Counted from the stretch's first letter, positions 1 to 10,150 are shown. The stretch is 64,000 nt of DNA from an uncultured Bacteroidales bacterium (GCA_964456825.1 CAYWCR010000012.1:1223-65222); one strand, 5' to 3'. Notes: generated by a model not told the origin, from the sequence alone. Numbers and translations: made by a program.

Positions 1-465
1 ACAGACTATTACAGGCGCTATTTCAATACGGGGGCTGCCCATAAAAAGGATATGAAAGTCCTGTATTTTTCTTCTGTTGTCATCAGCATCCTTGGTATAT
101 TTATAGGCCTTGCCATGATCAATGTTAAAAGTGCTCTCGACGTATGGTGGAAACTGGCCTCGATCTTCAGTGGCGGGATGCTCGGATTGTTCCTGCTCGC
201 AGCATTTTCGCGTGTTAAGAAACCGGGTGCCGCCATGATTGGAATAATAACCGGTATTTTGGTAATTTTATGGCTGAGCGCAGGACCGATGGTTTTTGGA
301 AAAGATATACCCGGCGGGCATTTGCACAGCTATCTGACCATCGTTTTTGGCACTACGGCTGTTTTTGTAGCAGGATTCCTGGCATCGTGGATTGCCGGCA
401 AACTAAATTTAAAAACAAAACCACAAAATATTGTAACCACTAAGGCACCAAAAACACCAAAATAA
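1..465 (+). CDS. Sodium:solute symporter-like membrane protein, C-terminal fragment (5' end lies outside the window)
   Basis: The frame is open from base 1 with no stop. The translated tail is a series of hydrophobic helices (GIFIGLAMINV, GGMLGLFLLAAF, IGIITGILVILWL, TAVFVAGFLASWI). The family call is by resemblance only. Confidence 0.5.
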   Translation, partial: TDYYRRYFNTGAAHKKDMKVLYFSSVVISILGIFIGLAMINVKSALDVWWKLASIFSGGMLGLFLLAAFSRVKKPGAAMIGIITGILVILWLSAGPMVFGKDIPGGHLHSYLTIVFGTTAVFVAGFLASWIAGKLNLKTKPQNIVTTKAPKTPK

Positions 466-564
466 GAAAATAAAATTATGCACTAACATATTTTTGGTGC
501 TTCAGTGTTTTGGTGGCAATTTAGATGTTTTTTAGTGTTGACTTTACTTTTACAAATTATCTGA

Positions 565-2004
565 TTGGCTATGAAGACAACCCTTAGATTTTTCGTGTTA
601 TTATTGGCCGCAGGGCTTTCCGGAGTGAGCCTGCAGGCGGAAATAAGATTACCTTCTTTATTCTCCGACAACATGGTATTGCAGCAACAGGAAGAAGCCC
701 CCATCTGGGGATGGGCTGAAGCGGGCGCCAGGGTAGTCCTGATTCCCTCCTGGAACAACCAGTCGTATAAAACAACAGCAAATGAAGACGGGAAGTGGAA
801 GCTGAAAATTAAAACTCCTGTCGCCGGTGGACCTTATGAAATTACAATTTCGGATGGCATGGAGCGGGTTATCAGCAACGTATTGATCGGTGAGATATGG
901 TTATGTTCAGGGCAGTCGAATATGGAAATGCCCATGAAAGGATATTCCGGCCAGCCGGTAATGGGTTCCAATGATGCCGTGGTAAGATCAAAAAATGAGC
1001 ATATCCGTTTTATTACCGTCCCGCGTTCCTCAGAAATTGAGGTTCAGGATGATTTTGATGGCCGCTGGTTGCAGGCTGAGCCTTCTACGGTTGTCAATTT
1101 CAGCGCCACGGCATACTACTTTGCAAAGTTGCTTTATGAAGTGCTCGGTGTTCCTGTGGGTCTGATCCATGTCAGCTACGGAGGTTCATGCATTGAGACC
1201 TGGATGAGCAAAGAAACAGCTGAACCTTACATGGGCGTTGGTATACCTCAGCCGGGTGATTCGGTGAAAGTGCCCAACAGAACACCCACCGTATTGTTCA
1301 ATAGTATGCTGAGCCCGGTTATCGGATATGCCATCAGGGGTGCCATCTGGTATCAGGGAGAGACCAATTATATGAATGCGGATGAGTACACGCGTCTTTT
1401 TTCAACCATGGTAAGGGAATGGAGGGACCGATGGGGACAGGGGGACTTCCCTTTTTATTATGCCCAGATCGCACCTTTCAATTACAGGCTGTATAAACCC
1501 CGTGAGGATTTTTATGAAAAGCTGAACTCAGCTTACCTGCGCGAAGCCCAGCTCAGAGCCATGGAGGTCATTCCCAATTGCGGCATGGCCGTTTTAATGG
1601 ACCTGGGCGAAGAATTGTGCATCCACCCGGCAGATAAAAAAACAGGATCCGAGAGACTGGCTTACTGGGCATTGGCAAAGACATACGGCTTGGAGGGTAT
1701 CGGATATGCCTGTCCTTTTCTCAAAGAAATGACGGTTAACGATACAGCTGCAATATTAACCTTTAATAATATACCCAATGGTCTAACCACATTCGGGAAA
1801 GAGCTTACCGCTTTTGAGGTTGCCGGGGATGACCGGGTCTTTTATCCTGCCAGTGCCGTATTAAGCCGTACATCAGTGATCCTCACCTGCAGGGAAGTTA
1901 GCCATATTGTTGCCGCCCGGTATGCATTCAAAGATTTTGTTGTTGGCGAATTGTACAGCACTGAAGGTATACCTGTGCCTTCATTCAGAACAGATGACTG
2001 GTAG
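565..2004 (+). CDS. Sialate O-acetylesterase-like SGNH esterase, secreted
   Basis: N-terminal signal peptide (FFVLLLAAGLSGVSLQA). GQSNM catalytic block in LCSGQSNMEMPM. WYQGETN block typical of the SASA/9-O-acetylesterase family. Confidence 0.8.
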   Translation: MAMKTTLRFFVLLLAAGLSGVSLQAEIRLPSLFSDNMVLQQQEEAPIWGWAEAGARVVLIPSWNNQSYKTTANEDGKWKLKIKTPVAGGPYEITISDGMERVISNVLIGEIWLCSGQSNMEMPMKGYSGQPVMGSNDAVVRSKNEHIRFITVPRSSEIEVQDDFDGRWLQAEPSTVVNFSATAYYFAKLLYEVLGVPVGLIHVSYGGSCIETWMSKETAEPYMGVGIPQPGDSVKVPNRTPTVLFNSMLSPVIGYAIRGAIWYQGETNYMNADEYTRLFSTMVREWRDRWGQGDFPFYYAQIAPFNYRLYKPREDFYEKLNSAYLREAQLRAMEVIPNCGMAVLMDLGEELCIHPADKKTGSERLAYWALAKTYGLEGIGYACPFLKEMTVNDTAAILTFNNIPNGLTTFGKELTAFEVAGDDRVFYPASAVLSRTSVILTCREVSHIVAARYAFKDFVVGELYSTEGIPVPSFRTDDW

Positions 2005-2137
2005 AAAAGAATATCGGCTGCCGGAAAAAAATATTTCAGAACCTCTGATCACTTGTAGCTCGCCACTGCTGCAACAAAACCATTAAACAGGGCGATCACA
2101 AGGATCGCCCCTACGTTTTTATAATCCCGACCTCTGA

Positions 2138-4843
2138 TTAATCTTTTATCAACCTGATCCTGTGCTGTGTATTTCCTGTCTTTTCCTCCAGTACACCGAT
2201 GTACACACCGGCAGGCAAATGGCCGGCTCCCCAGGATACCGTGTGTTCGCCTGCTTCCGTGAATGCATCATAGACGTTTGTTATTTCAGTACCCAGCAGG
2301 TTATATATCTTTATGCTGATATGCGAAGGTTCCGAAAGGAAGAATACAATTTTTGCTTCTTCTCTGAAAGGATTGGGATAAGCATATAAATATTCAGGCT
2401 GGTCTGAGTATAGATTGGTATTGGAGGAACTCAGACTGCTGACCATGAATTTACGCGTCACAAGTTTCGACCATAGCGTGTCTTTTTTTACCCTTGCCGA
2501 AACTGTTATAGTATCATCATCCAGCGGAAGGGCAAGATTGTCATAGACAAAAATGGAAGATGAACCGGACAATGCAAAATGACCGGGATCTGTGCCATCA
2601 AAGGTATACCGGATCTCACCCCCGTCAGGGGAAGTCATCATGAGCTGAAAATCATCGGGGATGACATTATTCTCCGTATTGAAAGCAGGTATCCCTATTT
2701 CAGGATATATGCCTGCTGTGATAAACTGGCTGAAAACATTCTCGGTCCTGGGTGGAAAAAAGGTGTATATGAATCTGTGGAGGCTTGTGTTCCAGATATC
2801 ATTGATCCATACCCACCGTGCCTGATCACTAATGAGGGCTGTGTCGATCTCGTCAAGCCAACGTTCATACCGGGCCAGGCAGGGGGCTGGTGTCAATGCC
2901 CCGCCTTCAAAAAAATGTTTGTTCACACGGCTGATGAAATGATTTTTGAATTGCTCATTCTCCATCAGATCGGAAAATACACCGGTTGGCCTGTTATATT
3001 CACCTCCGTCAATGATATGCGCCACATTATTGGAGCCCCCGAGAATGCTTTCAGCATCCCATACAAGAAAATGAAATCCTTCTGAATCGGTTCTCCTGCG
3101 AGCTGCTATCCAGTTATGAAAATCCCAGTCAAATGTGCCTGCGTACATGTTCATCATAACATAGTCGATCAGGTTTTCAGGGTTGACCATCTTTTCATAA
3201 GCGGTATCCGGTGTACCATCCGAATTATTCCCCAATAGTTTCTGATAGTTCTCAGTCAGTTCTATACTATCTTCCGCCATGGCGACCAGTTTGCTCCAGG
3301 CTATGGTATCGCCGGATTCCACCTCAAAATAATCTTTTAATATATCATAATCATCCTCATCACCTCCTAGGTAATCACGCATGCAATTGGCATCCATTCT
3401 TTCCGAAAGGTTATACATTCCCCAGTATAGCCCGTTAATATATACATGCACGAATTTGCTGTGGGCGGCATATTGTCCCATCTCCCGCATGGATGATTTT
3501 GCCCAGGGATCCAGAACCTGCTGTCCGAGACGCCGGTCAAAGCCACCTCTCAATACAAGCCAGTCATAGTGACTGGGAGATTCCCTGCCAAATACCTGTT
3601 CCTCCAATTTTGAAGGGCCATATGCTGCTTTAAAGCCAAGCCTGAAAGAATGCTTAAGGGTCTTGGCTCTTGTCCTTGTTGCTCCTCCGTGTATTTTAAT
3701 GCAGCAGTTAGCCTGGAAATCGATTTCTCCGTCACCGGCATCTGAATTGAAATATTCAACGGAAGCCGGGCGTTCCCATCCGCGTCCCAGATGATATTTC
3801 AGCCCACGGGTAGGTCCATCGGGCTCACCGTTATGCATGTATATTCCCCCCGAATCGGGATGGGTGCTTTTAGAAAAGAAATTATCAATATCGCTTACAA
3901 CCGAAACCACAGGAAGGCTTTTTAATGATGGAATGATCACTGTGTTTACATCGGCCCTGGATGTGAACTCCGTTTTCATGCCGTAGCTAGAAGGAATCTC
4001 AAAATAAATATTGGTATCATGAATGGGCGACAGCCATGTGTCAGGGTATCCAGGTTGTTCCTGTGGCTGATTGACAACATCGGCAGGGAAAATATAACTC
4101 TGCGTGACAGCATAACTTTCTCCGCCTCCTTCACTTACGGCAATGGCACGGATAACAGTTGTTGTGGTTATGTTGACGGGACCGGTATACTTTGTTGATG
4201 TTGTTTTATCGGGAGTGCTGGCATCCGTGGTATAATATAGTTCAACATCCCCCGTGTTGCTGTATAGCTCAAGACTGAAAGGACTTTCAAAAAATCCGTG
4301 ACCGATACTGAATTGCGGGGGTGAGATAAAGGTATTTCCGGAATTTCCGGCACCTGGTGTAGGTGTGGAATAATAAATGTATCCGGATGCCGACAAGCCG
4401 TAAGATATGTTTTGATATTGTTCAGGATAGGATGGTGAAAATACTGTTGAAGTTTCGGTTCCGCCAGGCTTCACCAGTGCCAGGAATTCACCTGAGCTGC
4501 TCAGCTTAAAATTGGCATGTAGCTTATCCTTCTCGGTATTCCGGTCTTTCGCTGAAGCAAAGACTATCAGGTATCCTTTAGGTGCCAGTGTAAAACCAGG
4601 GAAGGCCCATTTATCCATGTTTTCGTTATTGTCAGTAAGATACCAGCCAAGCAGGTTGACGGATGTTGAACCGGTATTGTGAATTTCGATCCAGTCGGAA
4701 TAATCGCCATCCTCATCCTGCAGGATATCATTATTAACGGCCATTAATTCATTTATCACAAGAGAATCCTGGCAGAAGGTGGGGTTGGCTGATAATAAAA
4801 TGCAGGTAAGAGCAGAAAGAAATGAGTTTTTATCGATTGGCAT
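2138..4843 (-). CDS. CotH-family protein with an N-terminal lamin-tail domain and a T9SS C-terminal sorting domain
   Basis: LTD-like start (LVINELMAVNN...WIEIHNTG...NLLGWYLTD). Large CotH-like core. C-terminus YPNPFREEAKIVFF...IKIYNLLGTEI...GVYIGVL is typical of T9SS type A CTDs. Confidence 0.75.
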   Translation of the reverse strand: MPIDKNSFLSALTCILLSANPTFCQDSLVINELMAVNNDILQDEDGDYSDWIEIHNTGSTSVNLLGWYLTDNNENMDKWAFPGFTLAPKGYLIVFASAKDRNTEKDKLHANFKLSSSGEFLALVKPGGTETSTVFSPSYPEQYQNISYGLSASGYIYYSTPTPGAGNSGNTFISPPQFSIGHGFFESPFSLELYSNTGDVELYYTTDASTPDKTTSTKYTGPVNITTTTVIRAIAVSEGGGESYAVTQSYIFPADVVNQPQEQPGYPDTWLSPIHDTNIYFEIPSSYGMKTEFTSRADVNTVIIPSLKSLPVVSVVSDIDNFFSKSTHPDSGGIYMHNGEPDGPTRGLKYHLGRGWERPASVEYFNSDAGDGEIDFQANCCIKIHGGATRTRAKTLKHSFRLGFKAAYGPSKLEEQVFGRESPSHYDWLVLRGGFDRRLGQQVLDPWAKSSMREMGQYAAHSKFVHVYINGLYWGMYNLSERMDANCMRDYLGGDEDDYDILKDYFEVESGDTIAWSKLVAMAEDSIELTENYQKLLGNNSDGTPDTAYEKMVNPENLIDYVMMNMYAGTFDWDFHNWIAARRRTDSEGFHFLVWDAESILGGSNNVAHIIDGGEYNRPTGVFSDLMENEQFKNHFISRVNKHFFEGGALTPAPCLARYERWLDEIDTALISDQARWVWINDIWNTSLHRFIYTFFPPRTENVFSQFITAGIYPEIGIPAFNTENNVIPDDFQLMMTSPDGGEIRYTFDGTDPGHFALSGSSSIFVYDNLALPLDDDTITVSARVKKDTLWSKLVTRKFMVSSLSSSNTNLYSDQPEYLYAYPNPFREEAKIVFFLSEPSHISIKIYNLLGTEITNVYDAFTEAGEHTVSWGAGHLPAGVYIGVLEEKTGNTQHRIRLIKD

Positions 4844-5398
4844 GCGGTGAGAAATTAATTCATAAAAAATGAAAACTGCATAAGCCTGTAATTATAATCA
4901 ATAATAAATAAATAAAACAACTGAAAAAAGAACCGCCGATGAATCAGGAATTCGTTTTATGCATGCAAATAAAAATCCCATCCCAGGTATATATCCACTT
5001 TTTAAACCTGCGGTTATTTATCTGATTTTATTTGCAAATCTATGAGAAGAAAATTAATATTGCAATATAAACGTTTACAAAAAATATTAAAAATAAAAAT
5101 TTAACTACTTAATAATTTGATATATAGAGAATGAAAACGTTTACATTGAATTATATATTCTCATTCGATACCTGGAAAGACTTCAGCGCGTTCTCCGGCG
5201 AGCACATTGCAGGGACAGAGTTTGTGATAGGCTCATTACTGGTAATGCATGGTGTATCAGCCCGGGATTTCTTTCTGGGCCTCCTGAAACAAGAACCAAG
5301 AGCCAAGACAAGAATGGACGAGGGAATAGTAGGGGCAATCCTTTCGGAATGTAATTTTTTTGATGTTTTTAGGGTTTTATGGCATATTTATAATTACC

Positions 5399-7429
5399 AT
5401 GAGTAAACCATATATTATAATAATGACCCTGCTGATTGCAGGTTTAAGCATTAGAGCCCAGGATAAGGGCCTGGTCAACACTTCCCGCAGTCCGTATGCA
5501 AAGCTTGGCAGTATAGATATATCTGATATGCGATGGACAGCGGGTTTCTGGGCTGATAGATTCAATGTATGCGCTCAGGCCATGGTGCCTCATATGATGG
5601 ACAACTATATGAATGATACATTGAGCCATGGTTTTGCGAATTTCGAAATAGCCGCAGGGTTAAAAGAGGGAGAACACAAAGGCCCGGCTTTTCATGATGG
5701 GGATTTTTACAAGATACTCGAAGGCCTGATCATGGTAAATGCAATTAGCCGGGATAAGAAACTTGAGGGGCAGATTGATTCCCTTATTGCTGTCATTGCG
5801 AAAAGCCAGCGTGAAGACGGTTATATTCACACTCCGGTTGTTATTGAGCAGCGCAACAGTCGGAACGGCAAGAAAGAATTCACTGAACGGCTCGGTTTTG
5901 AAACTTATAATATGGGCCATTTGATGACGGCAGCCTGTCTGCATTACCGGATCACAGGAAAAACAAGCCTGCTGGAGATTGCCCGAAAAGCAACGGATTT
6001 TCTATATGAACTGTACCGGCAGGATCCGGTTGAACTGGCGAACAATGCCATATGCCCGTCGCATTATATGGGCACAGTTGAGATGTACCGGACTATGCAT
6101 GATCAGCGTTATCTGGAACTTGCCCAGTCGTTTATCAATATCCGCGGCATGGTTAAAAACGGCACCGACGACAACCAGGACCGGATTCCGTTCCGACAGC
6201 AGACAAAAGCCGTAGGGCACGCCGTTCGTGCCAACTACCTTTATGCAGGTGCTGCGGACCTTTACCTTGAGACCGGTGAAGATTCCCTTTTTAATGCCCT
6301 CGATGCTATCTGGCATGATGTGGTAACAAAAAAAATGTATATTACAGGTGGTTGTGGTGCCCTGTATAACGGCGTATCGCCTGATGGTACCACCTATAAA
6401 CAATCGCCGGTGCAACAGGTACATCAGGCTTATGGACGCGATTTTCAATTGCCCAATATCACAGCCCATAACGAATCCTGTGCCAACATCGGCAATTTGC
6501 TATGGAACTGGCGTATGTTGCTGGCGACAGCAGATGCGCGATACGCTGATATTATGGAAATGGTCATGTACAACAGTCTGCTCGCCGGAGTAAGCCTCGA
6601 CGGGAATGGTTATTTCTATACCAATCCGCTCTGCGTTTCAGCTGACCTGCCTTATACTTTACGCTGGTCGAAAGTACGTGAGCCTTACATCCGATACTGC
6701 AACTGCTGTCCTCCCAATACCATTCGCACCATTGCCGGAATCCACAATTATTTTTACAGTATGTCCGATGCGGGACTTTGGATTAATTTTTATGGCGGGA
6801 ATACCCTTAAGACACAATGCAAGGATGGCTCAAACATCGAATTGACGCAACGTACCGACTATCCGTGGGACGGCAATATTGAACTGATCTTTGAAAAGGT
6901 CCCGGTGAAAACGTTTTCATTAATGTTAAGAATTCCTTCCTGGGTTGATAGTGCCTCCGTCAGTATTAACGGGAAACAATACCGTAAGGATATTGTCTCC
7001 GGTCAATATGCTGAAATAAGCAGGGTGTGGAGATCCGGTGATGTGGTCGAACTAATGCTGCCCATGCATGTTGACCTCATGGAAGCCAATCCACTGGTTG
7101 AAGAAGTCCGCAACCAGGTAGCCATAAAGCGCGGGCCTGTGGTATATTGCCTTGAATCGGAAGACCTTCCGGCAGGTAGCCGGATCTTCGATATTGTGTT
7201 GCCTGCATCCATACAATTTAAGACGGAAAGTGACACAATAGGAGAGAGCCCTTTGATGACATTAACCGGGAAAGCCTTGCTCTCAGGGAATGAAGATTGG
7301 GATGAACACTTGTATCGTAACATCAGCAACGATACAGGACAAAAAGTTTCCGTTAAGCTCATCCCTTATTATGCCTGGGGGAACAGGGGAAAGGGCGATA
7401 TGACAGTTTGGCTGCCGGTTTCACGCTGA
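5399..7429 (+). CDS. Glycoside hydrolase family 127 (beta-L-arabinofuranosidase, DUF1680 type)
   Basis: ESCANIGN and CNCCPPN Cys-rich blocks characteristic of the HypBA1 family. I chose the start at the internal ATG (MSKPYIIIMTLLIAGLSIRAQ) because it gives a clean signal peptide; the ORF-track start at 5360 adds 13 residues. Confidence 0.85.
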   Translation: MSKPYIIIMTLLIAGLSIRAQDKGLVNTSRSPYAKLGSIDISDMRWTAGFWADRFNVCAQAMVPHMMDNYMNDTLSHGFANFEIAAGLKEGEHKGPAFHDGDFYKILEGLIMVNAISRDKKLEGQIDSLIAVIAKSQREDGYIHTPVVIEQRNSRNGKKEFTERLGFETYNMGHLMTAACLHYRITGKTSLLEIARKATDFLYELYRQDPVELANNAICPSHYMGTVEMYRTMHDQRYLELAQSFINIRGMVKNGTDDNQDRIPFRQQTKAVGHAVRANYLYAGAADLYLETGEDSLFNALDAIWHDVVTKKMYITGGCGALYNGVSPDGTTYKQSPVQQVHQAYGRDFQLPNITAHNESCANIGNLLWNWRMLLATADARYADIMEMVMYNSLLAGVSLDGNGYFYTNPLCVSADLPYTLRWSKVREPYIRYCNCCPPNTIRTIAGIHNYFYSMSDAGLWINFYGGNTLKTQCKDGSNIELTQRTDYPWDGNIELIFEKVPVKTFSLMLRIPSWVDSASVSINGKQYRKDIVSGQYAEISRVWRSGDVVELMLPMHVDLMEANPLVEEVRNQVAIKRGPVVYCLESEDLPAGSRIFDIVLPASIQFKTESDTIGESPLMTLTGKALLSGNEDWDEHLYRNISNDTGQKVSVKLIPYYAWGNRGKGDMTVWLPVSR

Positions 7430-7430
7430 C

Positions 7431-7520
7431 CCAGGGGCAATAGATAAGGACAGTACAGGGCGATGCATCTTTTGCCCCTGACTAAAGCCTGCCTGCTGTC
7501 AGGCAGGCTTTAGTCAGGGG
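7431..7520. repeat. Nested palindromic intergenic element (GCCTGCCTG family, member 1)
   Basis: CAGGGGCAA (7432-7440) is complementary to TTGCCCCTG (7472-7480). CCCCTGACTAAAGCCTGCCTG (7475-7495) forms a perfect 21-bp stem with 7500-7520 and a 4-nt loop. The CCCCTG segment is shared by both hairpins. Confidence 0.85.
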
Positions 7521-7535
7521 AAAACTAATATATCC

Positions 7536-8576
7536 ATGAAACACAAAGACCGATTCCTCGCCACCATTGCCAATGCTCAGGTTGACCGGCCGGCTTCCTG
7601 GATGGGATTGCCTGTGCCTGAAGCAGAACCGGGATTGAAAAAATACTTTGGCGTTAAGTCCATGGATGAACTGAAAAGGGTTGTTGATGATGACATTTAT
7701 CCTATTGAGGTGCCTTACTATTTTCCGCCTTCAAATCATATTGCCTGCGCTTTCAATTTTGCCAAGGTTCGTCACGATGACACCACCGATAACCGGACGC
7801 TGACAGCTCCGGGCTTTTTTGAAGATTACAGCCTCCCCGCAGATGTGGATAAATTTGAGTGGCCTGATCCATCCCGGTATCTCGACCGTGAGGAATCGAA
7901 ACGCAGGGCAAAAGCAGCCGATGAGCATTATGCCCGCATGGGCATTCTATGGAGTGCCCATTTTCAGGATGCCTGTTCGGCTTTCGGGATGGAACACGCC
8001 CTTATGGTCATGCTGACCAATCCCGATATGTTTCAGGCTGTAATTGACCGGATTACGGAATTCTACCTTACGGCCAATGAGATCTTTTATGAAGCCACTA
8101 AGGGATATCTAGATGCCGTGCTGATCGGAAACGACTTTGGCAGCCAAAACGGCCTGATCGTTGATCCGGACCTGCTGAACAAACATATTTTCCCCGGGAC
8201 AAAAAAACTAATCGACCAGGCAAAAAGTTATGGCCTTAAAGTGATGCACCACTCTTGCGGATCAATCTTTCCCATAATCGATGATATCATCCGGCTCGGG
8301 GCCGATATCATACATCCTATACAAGCCCTGGCCCATGATATGGATGCACACAACCTCAAATCCCATTTCGATAAGAAGGTCGCATTCTGTGGAGGCGTTG
8401 ATGCGCAATATTTAATGGTAAACGGATCTCCTGCCGATGTCAGCCAAAAAGTTTCGGAGCTGGTGGATCTGTTTCCAACAGGACTGATCATATCTCCCAG
8501 TCACGAAGCGATTCTCCCCGACATTCCGCCCGCGAACATTGAAGCACTTTTCAAAACACTGAATAAAACCATGTAA
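7536..8576 (+). CDS. Uroporphyrinogen decarboxylase (URO-D) family protein of unknown substrate
   Basis: 346 aa. URO-D/MtaA-like C-terminal half (GNDFGSQNGL..., HSCGSIFPIIDD..., IHPIQ). Sits between GH127 and rhaM. Confidence 0.65.
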   Translation: MKHKDRFLATIANAQVDRPASWMGLPVPEAEPGLKKYFGVKSMDELKRVVDDDIYPIEVPYYFPPSNHIACAFNFAKVRHDDTTDNRTLTAPGFFEDYSLPADVDKFEWPDPSRYLDREESKRRAKAADEHYARMGILWSAHFQDACSAFGMEHALMVMLTNPDMFQAVIDRITEFYLTANEIFYEATKGYLDAVLIGNDFGSQNGLIVDPDLLNKHIFPGTKKLIDQAKSYGLKVMHHSCGSIFPIIDDIIRLGADIIHPIQALAHDMDAHNLKSHFDKKVAFCGGVDAQYLMVNGSPADVSQKVSELVDLFPTGLIISPSHEAILPDIPPANIEALFKTLNKTM

Positions 8577-8577
8577 C

Positions 8578-8901
8578 ATGAGAAGATTCGGACAGACCAT
8601 CAGCCTGAAACCCGGTAAGGACGGGGAATATGTCAGGTACCATGCAGCTGTTTGGCCCGGAGTGTTAAAGATGATAAAGGAATGCAACATTTCCAATTAC
8701 TCCATATTTATTAAAGATCATATGTTATTTACCTATTTTGAATACACCGGACATGACTTTGATGCCGATATGAAAAGAATGGCCGCACATAAGGAAACCC
8801 AGCAATGGTGGGACGTTGTAAAACCGTTGATGGCCCCTGCAGAAACCAGGAAAGAAGGAGAGTTCTGGGCTGATATGGAGGAGATATTTCATTTGGAATA
8901 G
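8578..8901 (+). CDS. rhaM: L-rhamnose mutarotase
   Basis: 107 aa. MRRFGQTISLKPGK..EY...H..VWP-type N-terminus and ...QQWW... block typical of RhaM. The start is 1 nt after the upstream stop. Confidence 0.85.
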   Translation: MRRFGQTISLKPGKDGEYVRYHAAVWPGVLKMIKECNISNYSIFIKDHMLFTYFEYTGHDFDADMKRMAAHKETQQWWDVVKPLMAPAETRKEGEFWADMEEIFHLE

Positions 8902-8929
8902 GGATAAGGGACAAGTAATACCTATAAAC

Positions 8930-8961
8930 CTAAACTGCTAAAAGGCTAAACCGCTAAACAG
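8930..8961. repeat. Octamer array (CTAAAnnG)x4
   Basis: ctaaactg ctaaaagg ctaaaccg ctaaacag. The reverse complement of the same words occurs at 42155-42183. Confidence 0.8.
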
Positions 8962-9020
8962 CTTTATTCTAAAATCAACAAATCAATCCGTCTTTGCTGA
9001 AGCTACGACGGACGCAGCAA

Positions 9021-9076
9021 ATCAAAAAATCAATAAATCAACAAATCAACAAATCAACAAATCAACAAATCAACAA
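9021..9076. repeat. Octamer array (ATCAACAA)x7 ending 6 nt before the rhaT ATG
   Basis: atcaaaaa atcaataa, then 5 perfect atcaacaa units. Two more units lie at 8974-8989. Confidence 0.9.
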
Positions 9077-9082
9077 ATACTC

Positions 9083-10150
9083 ATGACTCCCAATCCCCTT
9101 ATCGGAACCGGAATTCACGCACTCGGCGGTATTTCAGCTTCCACCTGTTATCTGCCTTCACAGGGAACCAAAAACTGGTCATGGGGCACATTCTGGATTG
9201 TACAATCCTGTTTTGCCTGGCTCTTCATGCCGGCACTAATCGGGTGGCTGACAGTACCTGATTTTTTTGGTATTTTGGCAAACGCCCCGTCAAAACCATT
9301 CTGGATGGCATTTGCACTGGGGGCCGTTTATGGTTTTGGCGGTATGTCGTTTGGCCTGGCCATCAAACATATCGGGTATTCGCTTACATACACTATTTCC
9401 ATAGGCATCTCTGCAGTACTGGGGACCCTGATCCCCTTAATGGTATTCGGCGGTTTAGCAGCGTATTTCAGCCGGCCCGGCGGAAATATTGTATTATGCG
9501 GAATGGCAGTTTCCATAATTGGTGTTGCCATTTGCGGATTGGCCGGATTCAGGAAAGAAAAGGATTACAGCAGGCTGCAAAATGCATCGTTGAAGTTTAA
9601 CATGCTTTCCGGGTTATTGCTTGCCATTGTTGGCGGCGTGTTGTCTGGAGTTTTCAATATTTCACTTGAATTTGGTCAACCTATCGCTGACATGGCTGCT
9701 GCAAAAGGGGCAGGACACTTTGAAGGCAATGCCAAACAAATCGTCTCCACATCGGGTTGCCTGGTCGTAAACCTTGTATGGTTTATCGTTGCCGGTATCC
9801 GTGAAAAAACGCTCAAAGAATTCACTTCACGGTCAGGGTTATCCGTCAAAACGAGATTTAGAAATGGTTTATGGTCGGCGTTTGCGGGTTGTCTTTGGGC
9901 GGGACAATTCTTTTTCTATGCAATGGGTCACGTTTACATGGGAAATTTCCAGTTCGTCAGCTGGGTCATCCACATGTCCATGCTCATCTTTTTCAGCTAT
10001 GTTGTAGGCGTGATCCTGAAAGAATGGAAACAGGTAAATCGGGGTACCTATGCAGTATTGGTAACCGGACTTGTTACCCTGATAATCTCGTTCATCATCA
10101 CTACCTATGGCAGTGTTTATGGGGAAAGGGTCATACAGGCAGGTGGATAA
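9083..10150 (+). CDS. rhaT: L-rhamnose/proton symporter
   Basis: 355-aa polytopic membrane protein with a RhaT-like N-terminus (GIHALGGISASTCYLP...W.WGTFW). Adjacent to rhaM. Confidence 0.8.
   Translation: MTPNPLIGTGIHALGGISASTCYLPSQGTKNWSWGTFWIVQSCFAWLFMPALIGWLTVPDFFGILANAPSKPFWMAFALGAVYGFGGMSFGLAIKHIGYSLTYTISIGISAVLGTLIPLMVFGGLAAYFSRPGGNIVLCGMAVSIIGVAICGLAGFRKEKDYSRLQNASLKFNMLSGLLLAIVGGVLSGVFNISLEFGQPIADMAAAKGAGHFEGNAKQIVSTSGCLVVNLVWFIVAGIREKTLKEFTSRSGLSVKTRFRNGLWSAFAGCLWAGQFFFYAMGHVYMGNFQFVSWVIHMSMLIFFSYVVGVILKEWKQVNRGTYAVLVTGLVTLIISFIITTYGSVYGERVIQAGG

Noticed and set aside
5131-5406. 91-aa ORF upstream of GH127
   Set aside because: It has no signal peptide, motif or convincing start context, and it overlaps the GH127 start. 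It could be real, but I cannot support it.
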